A stretch of 64,000 nucleotides of DNA from Tricharina praecox (Eukaryota), in NCBI RefSeq assembly GCF_024521635.1, contig NW_026250408.1, positions 868,001 to 932,000 of the forward strand, given 5' to 3'. Below are positions 1 through 14,147 of this stretch, piece by piece. How positions within the stretch are numbered: position 1 is the first letter of the stretch; each line of letters starts with the position of its first letter. The notes below the pieces were generated by a model. That model did not search any database. It saw nothing but the letters and a program-made list of their open reading frames with translations, and was not told the origin of the DNA. The translations under genes and the position numbers were made by a program.

Positions 1-3000
1 CGTTAGAACACAGCTCGTCGTAGCTCAATCAGACCACATCGTCTAGTTACCTGGCAAAAGTTTCCGGCCGGTCGAGGTAGTTCCAGTACTCTGCGATACG
101 TAAGTCGCGAGCCAACCACCACCACCACCACCGCCGCCGAGCACAAAGGTATGCGTACCGAGGTTCGGAACCGGTTCGAGAAGCTGGCTTGGAAGCGAAA
201 ACCGTACGGAGGCGATATCGGCCACGCCGATGAACCGCCGCAAGATACCTAGTAGAACCCTTCAAGAACAAATTACGTCAGCCGCGTTCCCACAGCCGCA
301 ACTTCCCCCTCCCCTCCCCGACCACATCTCTCTCTCTTTCTCGCGTCGCGTACTTAAGCTTCGACTGGTTTTCGGCATCGGTTCCCGAGCTGGAGACGGT
401 GCCAGGGGTTGGCGTTTCGGGGGGTGACGCGACTTTGGGCGATGTAGTGGTGGCGGTCGTAGTAGTGGTGGTGGCGGCCGGTTTGTCCATATTTCTTTCT
501 TTCTTTCTTTCCTTCTTTCTTCTCTTTCTTTCCTTTCGTTCGTTCGTTCGGACGAGGTGCGAAGGAGGCTAGGTACTACCAGATGCTGCACGAGGGAAGG
601 TGCAGTTGAAAACGGGTGCTGTGAGTGGAGGAGGGAAACTCAGGGGGGTGTCGGCGGCGCTACACGTTGTATTTAGGCTTGTTCGATCGAAACCTCGCGG
701 GAGATGTCGACAGCAAATTTGATGGTGTGGTGTGTGTGGGGGGGGGGGATGATGGAGGAGCAAAAGGTGTGTCGTCCGTGTTGAGGATCGAAGCTGCGGA
801 GGAGGCGGAGGAGGAGGAGGAAGAGGAGCAGGAGGAGGAGGGGGTACTCGGTCGGGGGGCCAAGGAGCTTCAGAGAGTTTAGTACTTCCTTCGGTCCTTG
901 TGACGCCCCGTCGGTCGCTATTCGTTGAGACCACGCCTTTCGCTGGCAGCTTAGCGCCTTCAACGGCTGGGCAGCACCGGTGTTATCGGCACGGCGTGTC
1001 ACTCGCAGTGCCAATACCCTAGGTACCTAATCTGCCTGCGCGGGCGCGGCGGGAGGGGGGGAGGGGTACCTGAGGAAGGGTAAATGTTTATACACGTCTC
1101 ATGAGCCGCTATGGTACATGACATGTCAAGCATATTCCACATAAGCATATCTTTAGTGCTACTCTATGTAGCAAACCCGGCAGGTAGATTACTTTCGGTA
1201 TGTAACTACACACGCAGTGAGCGTTTCTTCAAGCAGGAGGATATGTGTCCTCAGCCATTGGGCGACATTGCCCAGCGATTCAAACGCCTTTGCGGGGGCT
1301 TCATGCACGCCGGTAGTACACGCAGCTATGCGCGGGTAACTATCATAATTTCCAGAAGTGCAGAGCACATGGTGGGGCGGAAAGGGACAGGTGGTCTTGG
1401 GCCGCTGGGCTTCGTGAAACAGTAATAGAGTTGTTAATTGGTACATGGACTCCGAGCGAACGGTCAAGACTCAACACCTCGGTTTCTCTATGTAGCCGAG
1501 AATATTCGCATATGTAAGGCCCTGTTTGGTTGTAAACTGCATTTTGAATCTACCACACAAAACTGAGATGTAATTTGAAACCGTGAGTTTCCGGGCAATA
1601 GGTGGGTGACCGTTCGACACACCGCCCCAAGTTAACAGCTTGAGAAACTGCATATTGTCGACTGAGCCACAATTTTACAAACAAACTCTACAAACAACCA
1701 CCATTACATACCATCTTATATAGCCCCGAAGTCAGAAAAAAGCGCGGCCCGGCGTACTGTTGAACATCTGTGTTTCCGAACGGGTCATCACCAGGGGAGT
1801 TGAGAGTTTGCAGCTGCAGCTGCAACTTTGGTACTCTACTACCTATATCTAACCTTCAACTCGTCAAAAACCGCATATTTTGAAACCGCAGTTGACAACC
1901 GAACAGGGCCTACTATAAATCGTTCCGGACGCCTGACCACCACCACCACATCCGTGGGCCCATCGGGGCGAGGGGGGGCGGCCGTGCCGGTCGGCCAACC
2001 ACTTCTTCACTCGGACAGATGCCGAGATTCGTCACCTTGGGGGCGGGGCGGGGGCGGGGGCGGGGTTGGAAACACTCCTAGACTACCTGCTCTGCCGTAT
2101 ACTGCAACCGAAGCCTGAAGGCCCAACGGAAGCAAGTGGAGCATCGAGATGATAATAAAAACAGGAACCAATTCGAAGACGATTCCAGACTCCAAGTTCC
2201 AAATTCCAACGAGCCGAGCTCGCCTCGGCGCTCTGACACGACCCCGGAATACCACTCTCGAGTAGAGTACTGTGCCTTGGAGTGCTATGGCCCTATGGGT
2301 AACTGTTGAATTCCGGGCCACGCATCTCTGGGTATGTATCTGCCTCAGACCACACAGCGCCGATCCCGGTGGAGCCCTTTGATTGTGGGCCGCTTTAAGG
2401 GAGCAAATCTCGACGTCCGTGATCAGGGGCCCATGCTGGGTATTTGGTATTAGGTATGTAGAGTAGGTAGAGTACACCAACTATAAGATGTAGGATATGA
2501 TCACTCAGACCTTGTCCGATCCGTGTGAGCGGAGTGGCCCTGCATGGAATGAGTTCTGCGTAGGTACAGTACAAAAATTCTTGGGTGCCATAGAATATCG
2601 TGTAGGTAATATCAATCCTATGGCCTTTGGGGGTCCATCCAAATTAATGGCAGATGATCGTGGGGAGGCCCCGCCGGTTCCGTGTCCGACGATGAAGTTC
2701 AATGATCAATCCTGATAGGCGCAGCCGCGGATCACTCACTCAGGTTGGTTGTTTTTTTTTGTTTTTTTTTTGTTTTTGCGATCGAGGCAAACTCCGCTGA
2801 TCGGCGAGAGACCTAGCCAGGGAAGTACGTACTCCCACAGCAACGGTTAGAGGTGATGGCGACCGGTCGGTTCTCATAGCCGATCACTCGGAGCACGCAT
2901 CGGAGATCGCGTGTCATGCACGCTGCTCCTTGGTTGATCATGACGACCATTGTACAATCGTCTTTTCGATATCAGCAAAAATTATCTTTTTGTGATCGGC

Positions 3001-5621
3001 GTCGGCAAAAGCATCCGGTCTGCTCCCTGGAGGATAGGAATGGTATGGGTGGTGGGGAGGGAGGATGGGGGGAGGGAGAGGGTAAAGAGGAAAAGAGGAA
3101 AAGAGGAAAAACCGTGCTCTCTAATCGCAGCCCTTCCAGAACCCTCTCATGGGCGGTCGCTCGGTGAATTTCTCCGTAGAATCCGGAAGCACACTGGCTT
3201 CAGCTTCACGGACATGCATGCTTGAAACCAGCGGCTGTAGGAAATGCTCGAGCTCAAGGGCCTTATAATCGCCGCATGGCCTGGAAATTTTTCAGCTGGA
3301 TGCAAAAAAAAAAACTCGGACAGCAGTGAAATCTACGGAAACTTGACATCGAAGAAGACGACGCAGCGTTCACAACTTTTTCACGATAACCAGCCCCCAT
3401 TCCGACGGTGTTTCTTCCTCCTCAACCTCAACCTCCCCCACCCCCACCCACCCCTCACCCCGTCCCGCAGCAAGAATATGTCGCCACCCGAACCACCTGC
3501 TAGGAGGGGGGCACAAGAGATCCTGTGGTCGTACCTCGTACGCCGTATCGCATCGCATTTCACGGTCGACGACGGGACGGGAGCGTGGCGTGGCGTGGTA
3601 TTCTGGTGGGAGGGTGGGAGTTCAGTGGACGACTCGAGGTATGTATGGCGACGATATCATCCTGACGATGCAGCGGGAAGGCTGAGAACTTGAAGTTTTT
3701 ACTGATGCATACGGCGGCCTACTTACCTACTGGCTATGTCCCCATGCTGCTTCGCATCGATTGGTCTTTTCGCCCGTGGGTGGCTCGGATACCGGATTTC
3801 ACGTTCCGCTACCCTATTATGTACCCTCGAGGGGGAGGGGAGCTCGTCGTCGTTGGACCGTTGGTTGGACAGTTGCACCGTTGCAGATGGACATTGCGGA
3901 TGGACATTGCGGATGGACATTGCGGCCGGAATGCCTCTCCGGGCTGGTCGGAGGCGAATTACTGGTTGGATAATAACTTTTTCGATATCACAGCAGACGA
4001 CTCGGCTCGACACGACCCGTCTCGAGGGGAGCATTATGTATTTGCTCGGACCTGATACGCACATGCCCAAGTACCGTACCTACTCACCACACTCGCAGAG
4101 CAAGTCATGGCTGCTGCTGCTGCTACATACATATCATATCATACTAGAGTGCTCTGCTCTAGCAGCTACCTATGCGCATCGCCCCATGCGAAGTTGCGAA
4201 CAGGAGACCAAAGCTCGCCTGCACTGGGGGCTGGGACTGGGACGCCCATCCTACTCTATTCTGCTCTGCGCTGCTCCAGTCGACTCTGCTGCTCTGCTCT
4301 CTCCGGCTCTGGTCTCTTTCGAATGGGTGGATCTCCGATCTATTGCTGTGTTGGATACAAGCGTGATATTCTCCCGTATCATACTGGCCTCGCACCACTG
4401 AACCACTGAACCACTGACTCTGAGAGTCTGAGCCCAGACGGATGCCAATGTCTTCCGATGTGGACGTCGGCTTTGCTTTGCGCCAGAACAGAAATCATTT
4501 GATTCCCATATCCATATCCACGCCATCGGTCGATACCTACCATCTACCATGAATGAATATGATGGAGCATGAGCATGAAAATGTCATGCGAACCCGCCCC
4601 CCCCCCTCCCTCTCTCCCCGACCCCCCTTTGAAATCGCGAGACATCCATGGTCCCCGGGGGAGCACCTGTCGAGTCGAGAGATCCGGTGAGAGAGAGACA
4701 GACCAGACGGAGAGTGGAGGTTCTTCTTCTCGCGTAGGGGTTACCGGCAGCCGGGAGTGCGCGCGATGGGCGGCCTTACGGTCGATTGCCACAGCGGATG
4801 CGCCGCAATCATCGAGGATTGTGTTGGCCATGCTCGATCGTTCGCTTGCTCGTTCGCTGCTATGTATATACGCTCGTTCGCTACGAAGCTCCCTAAGCTC
4901 CCAGTCTGCTTGTGCACGAAAACGATCGAGAGAACCCAACCGTCCGAGGAAAGGAAAACCACTTCCCCATGCCACAACGATTGTCCCGAACGCCGAGCAT
5001 GCGCAGCTTTCCCATCCATGAGTTGAGTTGAGTTCCATGTCCTCCTCCTCCTCCACCTCCTCTTCCTCCTCCTCCACCTCCTCCTCTTCGGTGCGGCGGC
5101 AGACCCCACACACAATGCACACACAATGCATGCATATCATACATTAGGTACCATAATATCAATTATCGAACTCCTGCGGCGGTGGTTGCACGGGCGACGA
5201 ATAATGTAATCCAATAATTTATGTGTCCGCAACAGGCCTAGCTCTCACATCGCCACTACGTCAGTGCCCTTCGACGCCGGCGTCGTGGTGAGCGTCGAGG
5301 TGGTGGTGGTGGGGTGCACGGTGCACCCTGACGTCTACAGAAGTGAAATGAACTGCGTTACGCGGTTACTCTACGCAGCAGAAATGTGATATTTTTGGGG
5401 ATCCACTCTGCTCCCGCCTAACTCAGCTTTTCAGCGAAAGTCGGGGTCTGTTGATGTCACCGCCCGTGGTGGCCTAGCGTCGCTGCTGGCTGGGAGAGGT
5501 GCGGTACGTACCGTACCGGGGTGGAAGGTGGAAGGTGGAAGGGGATGGGGGATGGGGGGTCGTCGCTGGACGGGTTTGGGTTCCGGAGGTGAGCGGGAGG
5601 CTCTGCGACGGGGAGGTGGTG

Positions 5622-5730
5622 GAGGAGCAGGAGCAGGAGGAGGAGGAGGAGGAGGAGGAGGAGGAGGAGGAGGAGGAGGAGGAGGAGGAGGAAGAGGAGG
5701 AGGTGGATGAGGAGGAGGTGGATGAGGAGG
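5622..5730 (+). repeat. (GAG)n microsatellite
   Basis: A long GAG/GGA run lies in the non-coding region upstream of grhl. Confidence 0.9.
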
Positions 5731-8700
5731 TTACTCTACAGGCGCTCTGCGTATGGGATTGTTTAATTCTTTTAATTCTTCTTTGTTGGTTTGATTGTTT
5801 GTCCATTTTTTTCTCGCTTTTCATCGCGGACGGACGTCGGCGTCGGTACATAACGGTACGGATTGTATGTACCCGTACCAGTGCCGGCGGCGGAGGCGGC
5901 GGGGCGGGGCCGGGCGGGGCGTAGGTGCTGGTGGTGGTCACTGGTGGTCACTTGTGGGGTTTCCATTGTAGACTTTGCACTTCTACCGTGGAGAGCGACT
6001 ACACACACACAGCTGAGTCTATGATAATAGTAGCGACACTCCAGAGTACTATCGAGTACAGACTACAACTCTTCACAATTCCATACCTCACACCTCTTCT
6101 CTTCTCTTCTCTTCTCTTCTCACTTCACACTTCTTCCATACGTCTCCAAGCCCCTTCACCCTTCACCCTTCACCTCACCCATCGTCAAAGCGGCGGCGGC
6201 GCATGGTCTCGCAGACATATTAATTTCTACCAAGGGTCATCACAACAGCAAGAGCAGGGGGCAACCGTGATCGGAAAGCTCCACAAGCGATCTGACGCAG
6301 CACCAATTCGGCCGGCGCGATTACGATCCCACCTCGAAGAAACCGATCCGTCGCTCCCAGCCTCCAGCCTCCGCAGCAAAGTTCTGTCACACGTTTCATC
6401 TTTTCGACTTTCGGAGGCTGTTGTGGCAGGGGTGTGTGTGTGGGAGGGGGAGGGTAGGGATCACCCCACCCCGGGGATGCTTGGCGCCGAGGGGGAAGGG
6501 CCAATTGCGAGAGAGTGGGAGGTCACCACTCTGGGGGAGACTAGGGAAGAGGAGGAGGGGACCGCTTTATATATGTATTTACATACGGAAGATATGATAT
6601 GTATGTTCGACCGTCGCCGGAAACCTAGGTGCCGTCCCCGCGAAAAGGTCAAAGATCAAAGAATGGCTCGGAGGGGAGAGGAGAGGAGGTGAGGGGAGAA
6701 TGCCGCCCCGGCAAGGGCAGTCATCAAGGGGAAGGGGGAGGGAGAGGTGGGTGCATGAAGTTTGAATATCGTGTGCTTATGCATGTATACATGTCTGCCT
6801 GTCTGTATGTATTGTATGTACGCACGGTAGGTGCCCAAGTAAGTAAGCAATACCGTAATCGAGGTGTTTTGTGAAGTCAGGTCACGCTCTCGATCGGTCA
6901 AGACATAGCAGTCGCGAGCATATCTCCAACTTGTCGGACCGGGCCGGTATGGGTTATGGAAGTGAAAGGTTGGTGGATGAGTGAACGAATAGGTAGCTGT
7001 GCTCCGTGATTGAGTAAGAAGTATGGAAGTATGTGCTCAATCCAGCGGCAGTGGCGGTGCGATACGGAAAAGAAAGAAAGTAAGACAGAAATTAAGAAAC
7101 AGATGAAGAACGAGATGGAGAAAGAAAGAAAGACAGAATGCAAAACGTCAATGACGGCAGAGCGACCACAGTGGAGTACCGTGAGTAGATGCAGGTATCT
7201 ACCGGTACTCTACTCTGTTACTCTACTCTGTTACTCTACTCTGTTACTCTACTCTGTTACTCTACTCTAGCCACCCTGTGGAACGCTGCTGAAGATTTGT
7301 GCTACTCATATGTTGCACACTGACGTCAGCGCCGTGTCCTCCTCCGCCCCCCAACGCGTCCACCCAGGATATCTCTGCCTCTCTGGCGTGTTTGTCCGCC
7401 GGCATTGGCGCGCCTATGGTGCCTGCGGTTTTGTAGGCCCATGTTTTTGCGGTGCCTATTCCAAGCCAGCTAGCAGCTGGCAGCAGATATGAAACTCATG
7501 GTGTGGACAAGTCACAGGTTATGTACCCTCCTATGGATTTGGACTCCTGGACCGATGTTGGTGTGAAGTTCTTTTACAAGATGAAGCACCGAGTTTTGTA
7601 TGTATGGAAATCATCCTCGTGTACAACTAAGCCCCCACGCGATAGCAACTGATTTTCACTCTAAAGTAAGTGTAGTGGTCACATGTACTCGGTTGGAGAA
7701 AATTTCGGAGAACTTTTTGGATCCGAAACTCAGCTGTTCAACTACCATCCGAGATATGTACGGGCCGCCATCCAAAATCCACCAGCAGATAGCCTGTCCC
7801 AGGATAGACATAGTCAACCACCGGCAACGATTGATTCTCGTTGTTGGGAAGGAACGGGTGCATACGAGTAGTGAAGTTGCATGTTCGAGGGTTGTCAGGT
7901 GATTTTTTTGTTCTTTTTGGTGGGGTCGGCTGTTGCCATGTAAACTTTCCGGGTGAAGAGCTAAATACCACTGTGACTTTCTAGACTACAGGCACCATAC
8001 CTACGCAGCTACGTAGATACCTACACCTACCTAGCAGAATAGAATGGAACGTTCGCGTGCGCAACTACGTATGAGTACATTAACATAGATGATGGGTGAT
8101 GAATGATGGGGGATCGATGGTGGGGAGGGAGGGAGAGAGGGAGGGGGGGATGGGCCGCACAGTGCGTGTTACTGTAACGTTGCGGGCGGCATCCTTACCG
8201 CACAATGCGTATATAGATGCTATATATGGTTTGGTTATAGGCGAAACGGATGGACGGTGGTCACTAGTGGTGGTGGACACGGGAGGATGTGTGTATATGG
8301 GAAAGATGAGACGGAGTGTGACGAAGGGTGACGGAAGGTGACGGCAGGGTGACGGTGACGGAGGGGAGGGGAGGGAAGGAAAGACGGGCGGATACTTAGA
8401 CGAGCATGGTGGTGACGGAGGGCAGGCAGACTATCATTATGATCGAGAATCTGCTTTTCCCCATCCTCTCGGATAATTGCTGGGATGGCTAAGTACAGTG
8501 CATGCTATGTACTACTACTAAAATATTGTGTGCGAGGGGGTGTGATGTCTGCTGTTCTTTCCGTCTGTTAGGTATACTCGCAGCTCAGCGCAGATCACTC
8601 ACAACGAAAACATCTCTACTGTTTGCTGGCAGAGACAATGGACGGACTGACGAACGAATGGTGGAGATAAAATCTGCTCGTCAGCGGGAATGCTCCATCA

Positions 8701-10621
8701 CTGCCGACGCCCATAACCATCCGTCCCGCACTTTGCTTCCTCCTATTCTCCTTCTTCTTCTCCCACTGCAAAGTGCATGTAGGTGAGAAGAAGAAGTAGG
8801 TACATCAGACTGTGCTCTGCTTCCGCTGCGTTCCACTAGGCAAACCACCTACTCGGTCGGCAATTGTCTGCGCCCGTGTGTGTCTGAGAGTGTGGGAGGG
8901 CGTGAGTGTGGCATCGAGAGACACAGCCTACCTAGCCTACCCACTCGGTGGGAGAGACGAGACAACATCAATCTATCGTCGCATACCCACTGAGCACTCA
9001 CCCACCCTCCACCCTCCCACCCATCCACCCACCCACCCATCCACCTCATGCGGCATGCGGAGTATACAGATAGAGTAGCCGCATGGGTAAACATCTGTGC
9101 GGATGTTGCAGCACCATCTGGTATCGGGCTAGGGGAGGCAAATCGCAACATTAGCATCGGCGGCATGTTCGATAGCGGGTGTGAACAAGGGGAGGAGCCA
9201 CCCGTTGGGACTACGCAGTTACGCCATAGCGCCTTCCCCCGTTATCCCGGACACCACCAACACCACCACCACCACCCACCACTGCCACACTAGCAACAAC
9301 AACTACACACTCCGCGCCGCCGTGGAGATCTGTATCGTAGCAGCCAAACAATCCACCCCGACACTCTATTCCCCATGGCCAACCACCCCCTCATCTATCC
9401 ATTGCCATCCATCCCCCCTCCCCTCCCTCCCTCCCTTCCCCCCCGCTCACCCGTGCCCCTGCACTCTACCGTGCTCTACTCTGTTCCGCCCAGCCTAGTG
9501 CCGGTCTGTGGGGGGAGGGAGGGGGAGTGCAGCTCCTCGAGGAGCGAGCTGGATAGGCTAGGATGGGCCAAAAAGTATGTAGGAATGTGTACAGTAGAGT
9601 ACGGTAGAAAGTATGGGCGACGTGTGTGGACGAGGCATGATATGAGGTACATATGGAGATATTCGAAATGGGGGAGGGTGGGTGGACGAACGGACAGGGC
9701 GAAGACGAGAGGCAAGCAGAGTATCCAGACTACCTATCGACGTCTGTTCTTCCGCATGGCTCTTTACCTACGGTACTCTATTGCTCCGTGTATGATATGT
9801 ACGAGCAAGATAGTTACGTGGGGACGGGAGTGCAGCAGCAGCATCAGCGGCAGCAGAGCGCACAACACGGGAGTGAGAGGCAGTCAGCCAGCAGCAGCCA
9901 GCCAGCCCGTCACTACAGTAGGGTACACTCTACGTGAGGACTAAATGCATCATAGGGTCGCAGAAGCGCCTGAACCAGTGGACGGAGGAGACGAACCGAG
10001 CGGGTTGGGGCCCGGCGGGTGGCAGTGGCAGTGGCAGCGGCGGTGGTAGTGCTGGTGGTGGAGGAGGAGGATATGGTGGTGGAAGTGGTGGTGTAGGTGG
10101 TGGTGGTGGTGGTGGTGCGAAGTAGTACACCATAACAGCGGTACCGCTCCTTCGCTGAACCCCATCATCATCCGCCTCCCCTCCCTCTCCCTCCCTCCCC
10201 CCATGCGCCGTCCTTCATTGCCCTTTCCCTTTTGACTCCCGCTCCCCCAGGCCCGGTCCTCCCTCCCCCTTCTCTCTTTCATATCCAAAACCCAACGGCC
10301 CCAAGCCTGCATCCATTCACCATCACCCATTATCTCTGCTTCTGTCCATCGTTTGGTCTCTTTCGAGTTCCCACGCTCACATATCTGATCCTCTTCCCCG
10401 TCCCCGTCCCCACTACGACTCCGAACGCCCTCTCTCACCCCACCGCCACATCGAACGGGAACAACAATAACAAGAGTTGAACGACCACTACACCCACCTA
10501 CCAACTACCTCCCTCCCCGTACCCAGAAACACCACCAACCCGCCAATATATACCAAGGCCCCTCGCCCGCCCATTCCACCTTCGTTCCTTTGCCTCCGGA
10601 AAAAAAAAAACTTGACTCGCC

Positions 10622-13384
10622 ATGTTTCGCAATAGGTCCGTCAACCCTACCCTGTACCGCCGCGGCGCCATTGCCATCCATACATACCCGCCGGGACGTT
10701 ATCAGATGCTATTGCGTTCCGCACAACGCTGATCCGCCTGATGTCGTCACGAACCAAACTGCGCGGATGCTCCGTTCTGTTCTTTGCTGACATCTTCTCT
10801 TATGATCCTTCACAGGCAGTCTTCTCAGAAACCTCCGGACGAGCTGTTCGAACGCTTCAGGCAATCCTTCCCCGACGTCATCACTACCTCGGCGCCGAAC
10901 GGTCAATCCCAAACTGCCTCGGAGCCCGCTGTGGCTGGAGGTTCCACCTTTCAACCAAGGCAAGTGGCCGAGTCGTGTGGGGGGGAATGGCTGGTTGGAG
11001 ATTTCCAGGTTTCCCAGTGAGAGAGAATGTCACATACAATTTGCAATTGGTTGCATGGACCTGTTGCTAACGTCTGCTGTGTGTAATGTAGATTTCCTGG
11101 CCATGAAGACCTCGACCCTACCCCGAGAGGCGCTCCGGCAGAACCGTTCCGATTCACGCCTTCCCTAACACCGTCTGTCTTTATGGACCCGACATCGGCG
11201 GCCTTTGCTGCGTTTGCGAACCAGCCACCAGGACTGTTCACACCGACGCCCGGCGTGAATGGGAGCTCCACGTACGGAACCGGCAACCCCATGGCTGGTG
11301 TCGCGGTCACCACCCACGGACTGGAAACGCCGAGTATTGGAATCAGCATTGGAACACCTCTGTCACTGTCGAACGGTACAACATTGCCGCCCTCCTCCAC
11401 CGGCTTCGTTCCTCCGACGATACAGCCCCACCAGTTTCAAAACTACCAGCCATTCGCGCAACCCATGCACAATGGGTATCTGAATCCATCCCAGTACGAA
11501 CAGCGCCCACCCTCGGGGCCCGGGAGTCCGATGGACATCACCGGCGGCGGCGATATGATGTCAGATGCGATGGTATTGAACGATTCGCTGAACGGATCGA
11601 TGAACGGAACCCCCACCCTGGTTCCACCCATGCCCCTGGACGAAAAACAGTTTGACCACATTTCGCAGCTACTGCCAACTTCTTCAGAAAGGTCGGTTTT
11701 CACATCTTTTTTTTGTTGGGTTCTGCGATCGGGCTCCTCTCTGATTATTTCGATCCGAGACATGTGATTGTGCGACGAGCGCTAACGTGTGCCCAGATTC
11801 CGCTTTCATGTGGTCCTGAACGCACCCACCGCGATGATCAAGCACTATGACGAGATCCCCGTGACCTATCTCAACAAGGGCCAAGCCTATGCCATATCGA
11901 TAGTCGACACCCAACCCCCACCGCCGAGTGCGACGTCCCTCAGATATCGCACCTTCATCCGTATATCTTTCCACGACGAGACTCAACGCGGTCGACCCGC
12001 AGGTTGTTGGCAGCTGTGGAAGGAAGGCCGGGGGACGAGCGAAGCGCACCAGAGAGGTGGTAAGCTGCAGGCCGTCGAGTACGTCGAGAACCAGACGAAC
12101 GGAGATGATGACAAAAAGAAGAAGGCGAAGGTCACCCTGGAAGGCTCGTCGTTCGATGGGTTTTCCGTGTCGTGGTCGCCCACCATGTCGGGTGCTGCCG
12201 AGACTTCCGTGTCCGTGCGCTTCAACTTCCTATCGACCGACTTCAGTCACTCCAAGGGCGTTAAGGGCATTCCGGTGCGACTCTGTGCGAAGACGGAACT
12301 CATCTCGAATGGATCGCCGGGTTCCCCGCCCGACTCGGAGCCGGAGATCAGCTACTGCAAGGTTAAGCTCTTCCGAGACCACGGTGCCGAGCGTAAACTC
12401 TCGAACGACATCATGCACGTCAAGAAGACGATCGAGAAGCTGAAGCAACAGGCTAGTCAGACGGAAGGAACCGGAATGAAGCTCTTTGGGAAAAAGGCGA
12501 AGAAGGAGGAGGATATGGGGAAGCCGGGCAAAGTGCAAAAGCACAAGCGGACATGGTCGATGTCGTCGGCCAGCTCGGTCGCTGGGGTCAAGTCGCAGGA
12601 GGAAGATACTAACTCCAAGCTGCAAGCCATGCAGGATATGTTTTCCAGCACCAGGCCCGTCAGCGTGTTGTATCTCCGCGGGGAGGAAGGCGATGACCCG
12701 GACTTGTTTCCCGTCCGCCTGCCAGGAGAGCCCGACGGGGATGATTCGTGGGCAGCTCACAGGAGGGCCAGTGTGGCGACGACCAACACCACTACGTCAT
12801 CGTTCGTTTCTCCGACTCCCAGCTCGGCGTCACTGTCGAGTAGGCGGGGAGACAGCTTCAGCCCTGACAAGGACTGGCAGAGGGGCGGATTCGGTACCCT
12901 ACCATCCATCAATCAGTCGGATGTGCCCATGAGGGTCAAGACCAACCACGAGGATGGTATCCTCTCCGGATGGATCGAGGCCATCGGAATTGACACATCC
13001 TACAAGCCACCAGCCGAGAAACTTCCCAAGGCGGTCATGTGTGTGTACATTCTCCCCATCTTCCCTGATCAATCCGAGAAGGAGGTGTATCATCGTGCTG
13101 TCTACCTGGAGAGCCGGGCTGCGTCGTGCCTCTCTTCCAACATCGCCACCAAATGCGGTATCGATCCTACGACGATCTTTAGGACCATCCACCTCAATTC
13201 CAGGGGTCTGTCGGTCTTTGTCGACGACGACTTCGTTTCGCAGATGAACGAAGGACAGGACATGAAGATTCAGTTGCAGGAGATTACCGAGGACTCGTCG
13301 TTCCCGAGCGAATGGCCCAACACCAACGGCAACCACGCCGATGGAAGTACCGGAAAGAAGTGGGAACTTCGACTCATCTACTAG
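10622..13384 (+). CDS. grhl: Grainyhead/CP2-family transcription factor (Neurospora GRHL/CSP-2-like), about 781 aa; exons 10622-10635, 10816-10959, 11092-11691, 11797-13384
   Basis: CP2 domain motifs are present: FRFHVVLNAPTAM, IPVTYLNKGQAY, VRFNFLSTDFSHSKGVKGIPVRLC and KLFRDHGAERKLSND. The upstream exons splice in frame to give MFRNRQSSQKPPDELFERFRQSF. All three introns are phase 2 with GCTRAC branch points. The intron 2 donor is ambiguous: GC at 10960 or GT at 11017. Confidence 0.93.
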
Positions 13385-14147
13385 AGTAGCTTTTTACCAC
13401 TCTACCGCTAGATTTTACGTTTCATTTGTATTTGTAATCTTGCCATTTCGAAAAAGGGATAAGTCGGCATTTTGCAGTTACTTTTCTTTACTCTGGGTCA
13501 AGTTTGGGGGGGCGGATCGGGCGTCTTTACGTTTGATTTACATTTACTTTTGGGTCTTTTTTTTCGTCTTGATTCTCCGTATATCCTTTATAGTTTTTTC
13601 TTTTTCTTTCTGCTATTTGCTTTGGCGCGGTGCGGCGCATAGGCTTCTTGGCTATTATACACGCGTCGCCAGGACGGTCTGTACGCGCGATGCTTTTGAT
13701 TTTCAGGGTGTCATTTCACTGCTTTTTTACTGCCGCCAATCGGGGGAGGGTTTTTTTCTTTACCGGGGGTTTTTTTTTTCATTTACTGGACTGGGCCGGA
13801 TTTGCAAGGCCGTCTTTCGAAACTCAAGCGGGGAACTGCGTCTACCGGATGGGCTTTGTTTTCACCTGTAGAAACGTGTACCCGTGTGTTCCGACTGTAA
13901 TTTACTCGATAGAATGAGAAGAAGAGGAAGAAATAAATTTTCGGGATCGGTCGTATTGACATCGAGTGACCGAATATGACTCTTGCTGGCTCTCTAGCCA
14001 GTTAGGGCCGCCAAGTCGAAGCGGCTCTGCGTAAATTTATTCCAACGTCGACCCGCCGTCTCGTCGTCTCGTCGTCTCTTAACTGCCGGAGACTTCCTCA
14101 ACGACCTCCACCACTCATTTCCTCGCACCGCCGCCGCAGCCGCAGTC

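Noticed and set aside
3478..3693. Short ATG ORF followed by a gtatgt donor-like site
   Set aside because: No convincing acceptor or downstream exon was found, and there is no recognisable similarity.
5474..5941. Poly-Glu, poly-Ser and poly-Gly ORFs
   Set aside because: They are translations of a (GAG)n microsatellite, lack ATG starts and have no flanking coding signal.
7500..7990. Possible old TIR element (aagtcacag ... ctgtgactt)
   Set aside because: There are only about 9 bp of inverted identity, with no TSD or coding remnant.
13382..13384. TAG stops of grhl, MRPL3 and the 36.3-kb gene as A-to-I editing or readthrough sites
   Set aside because: The proteins end at plausible C-termini, the downstream frames are UTR-like, and the sequence gives no evidence of editing.
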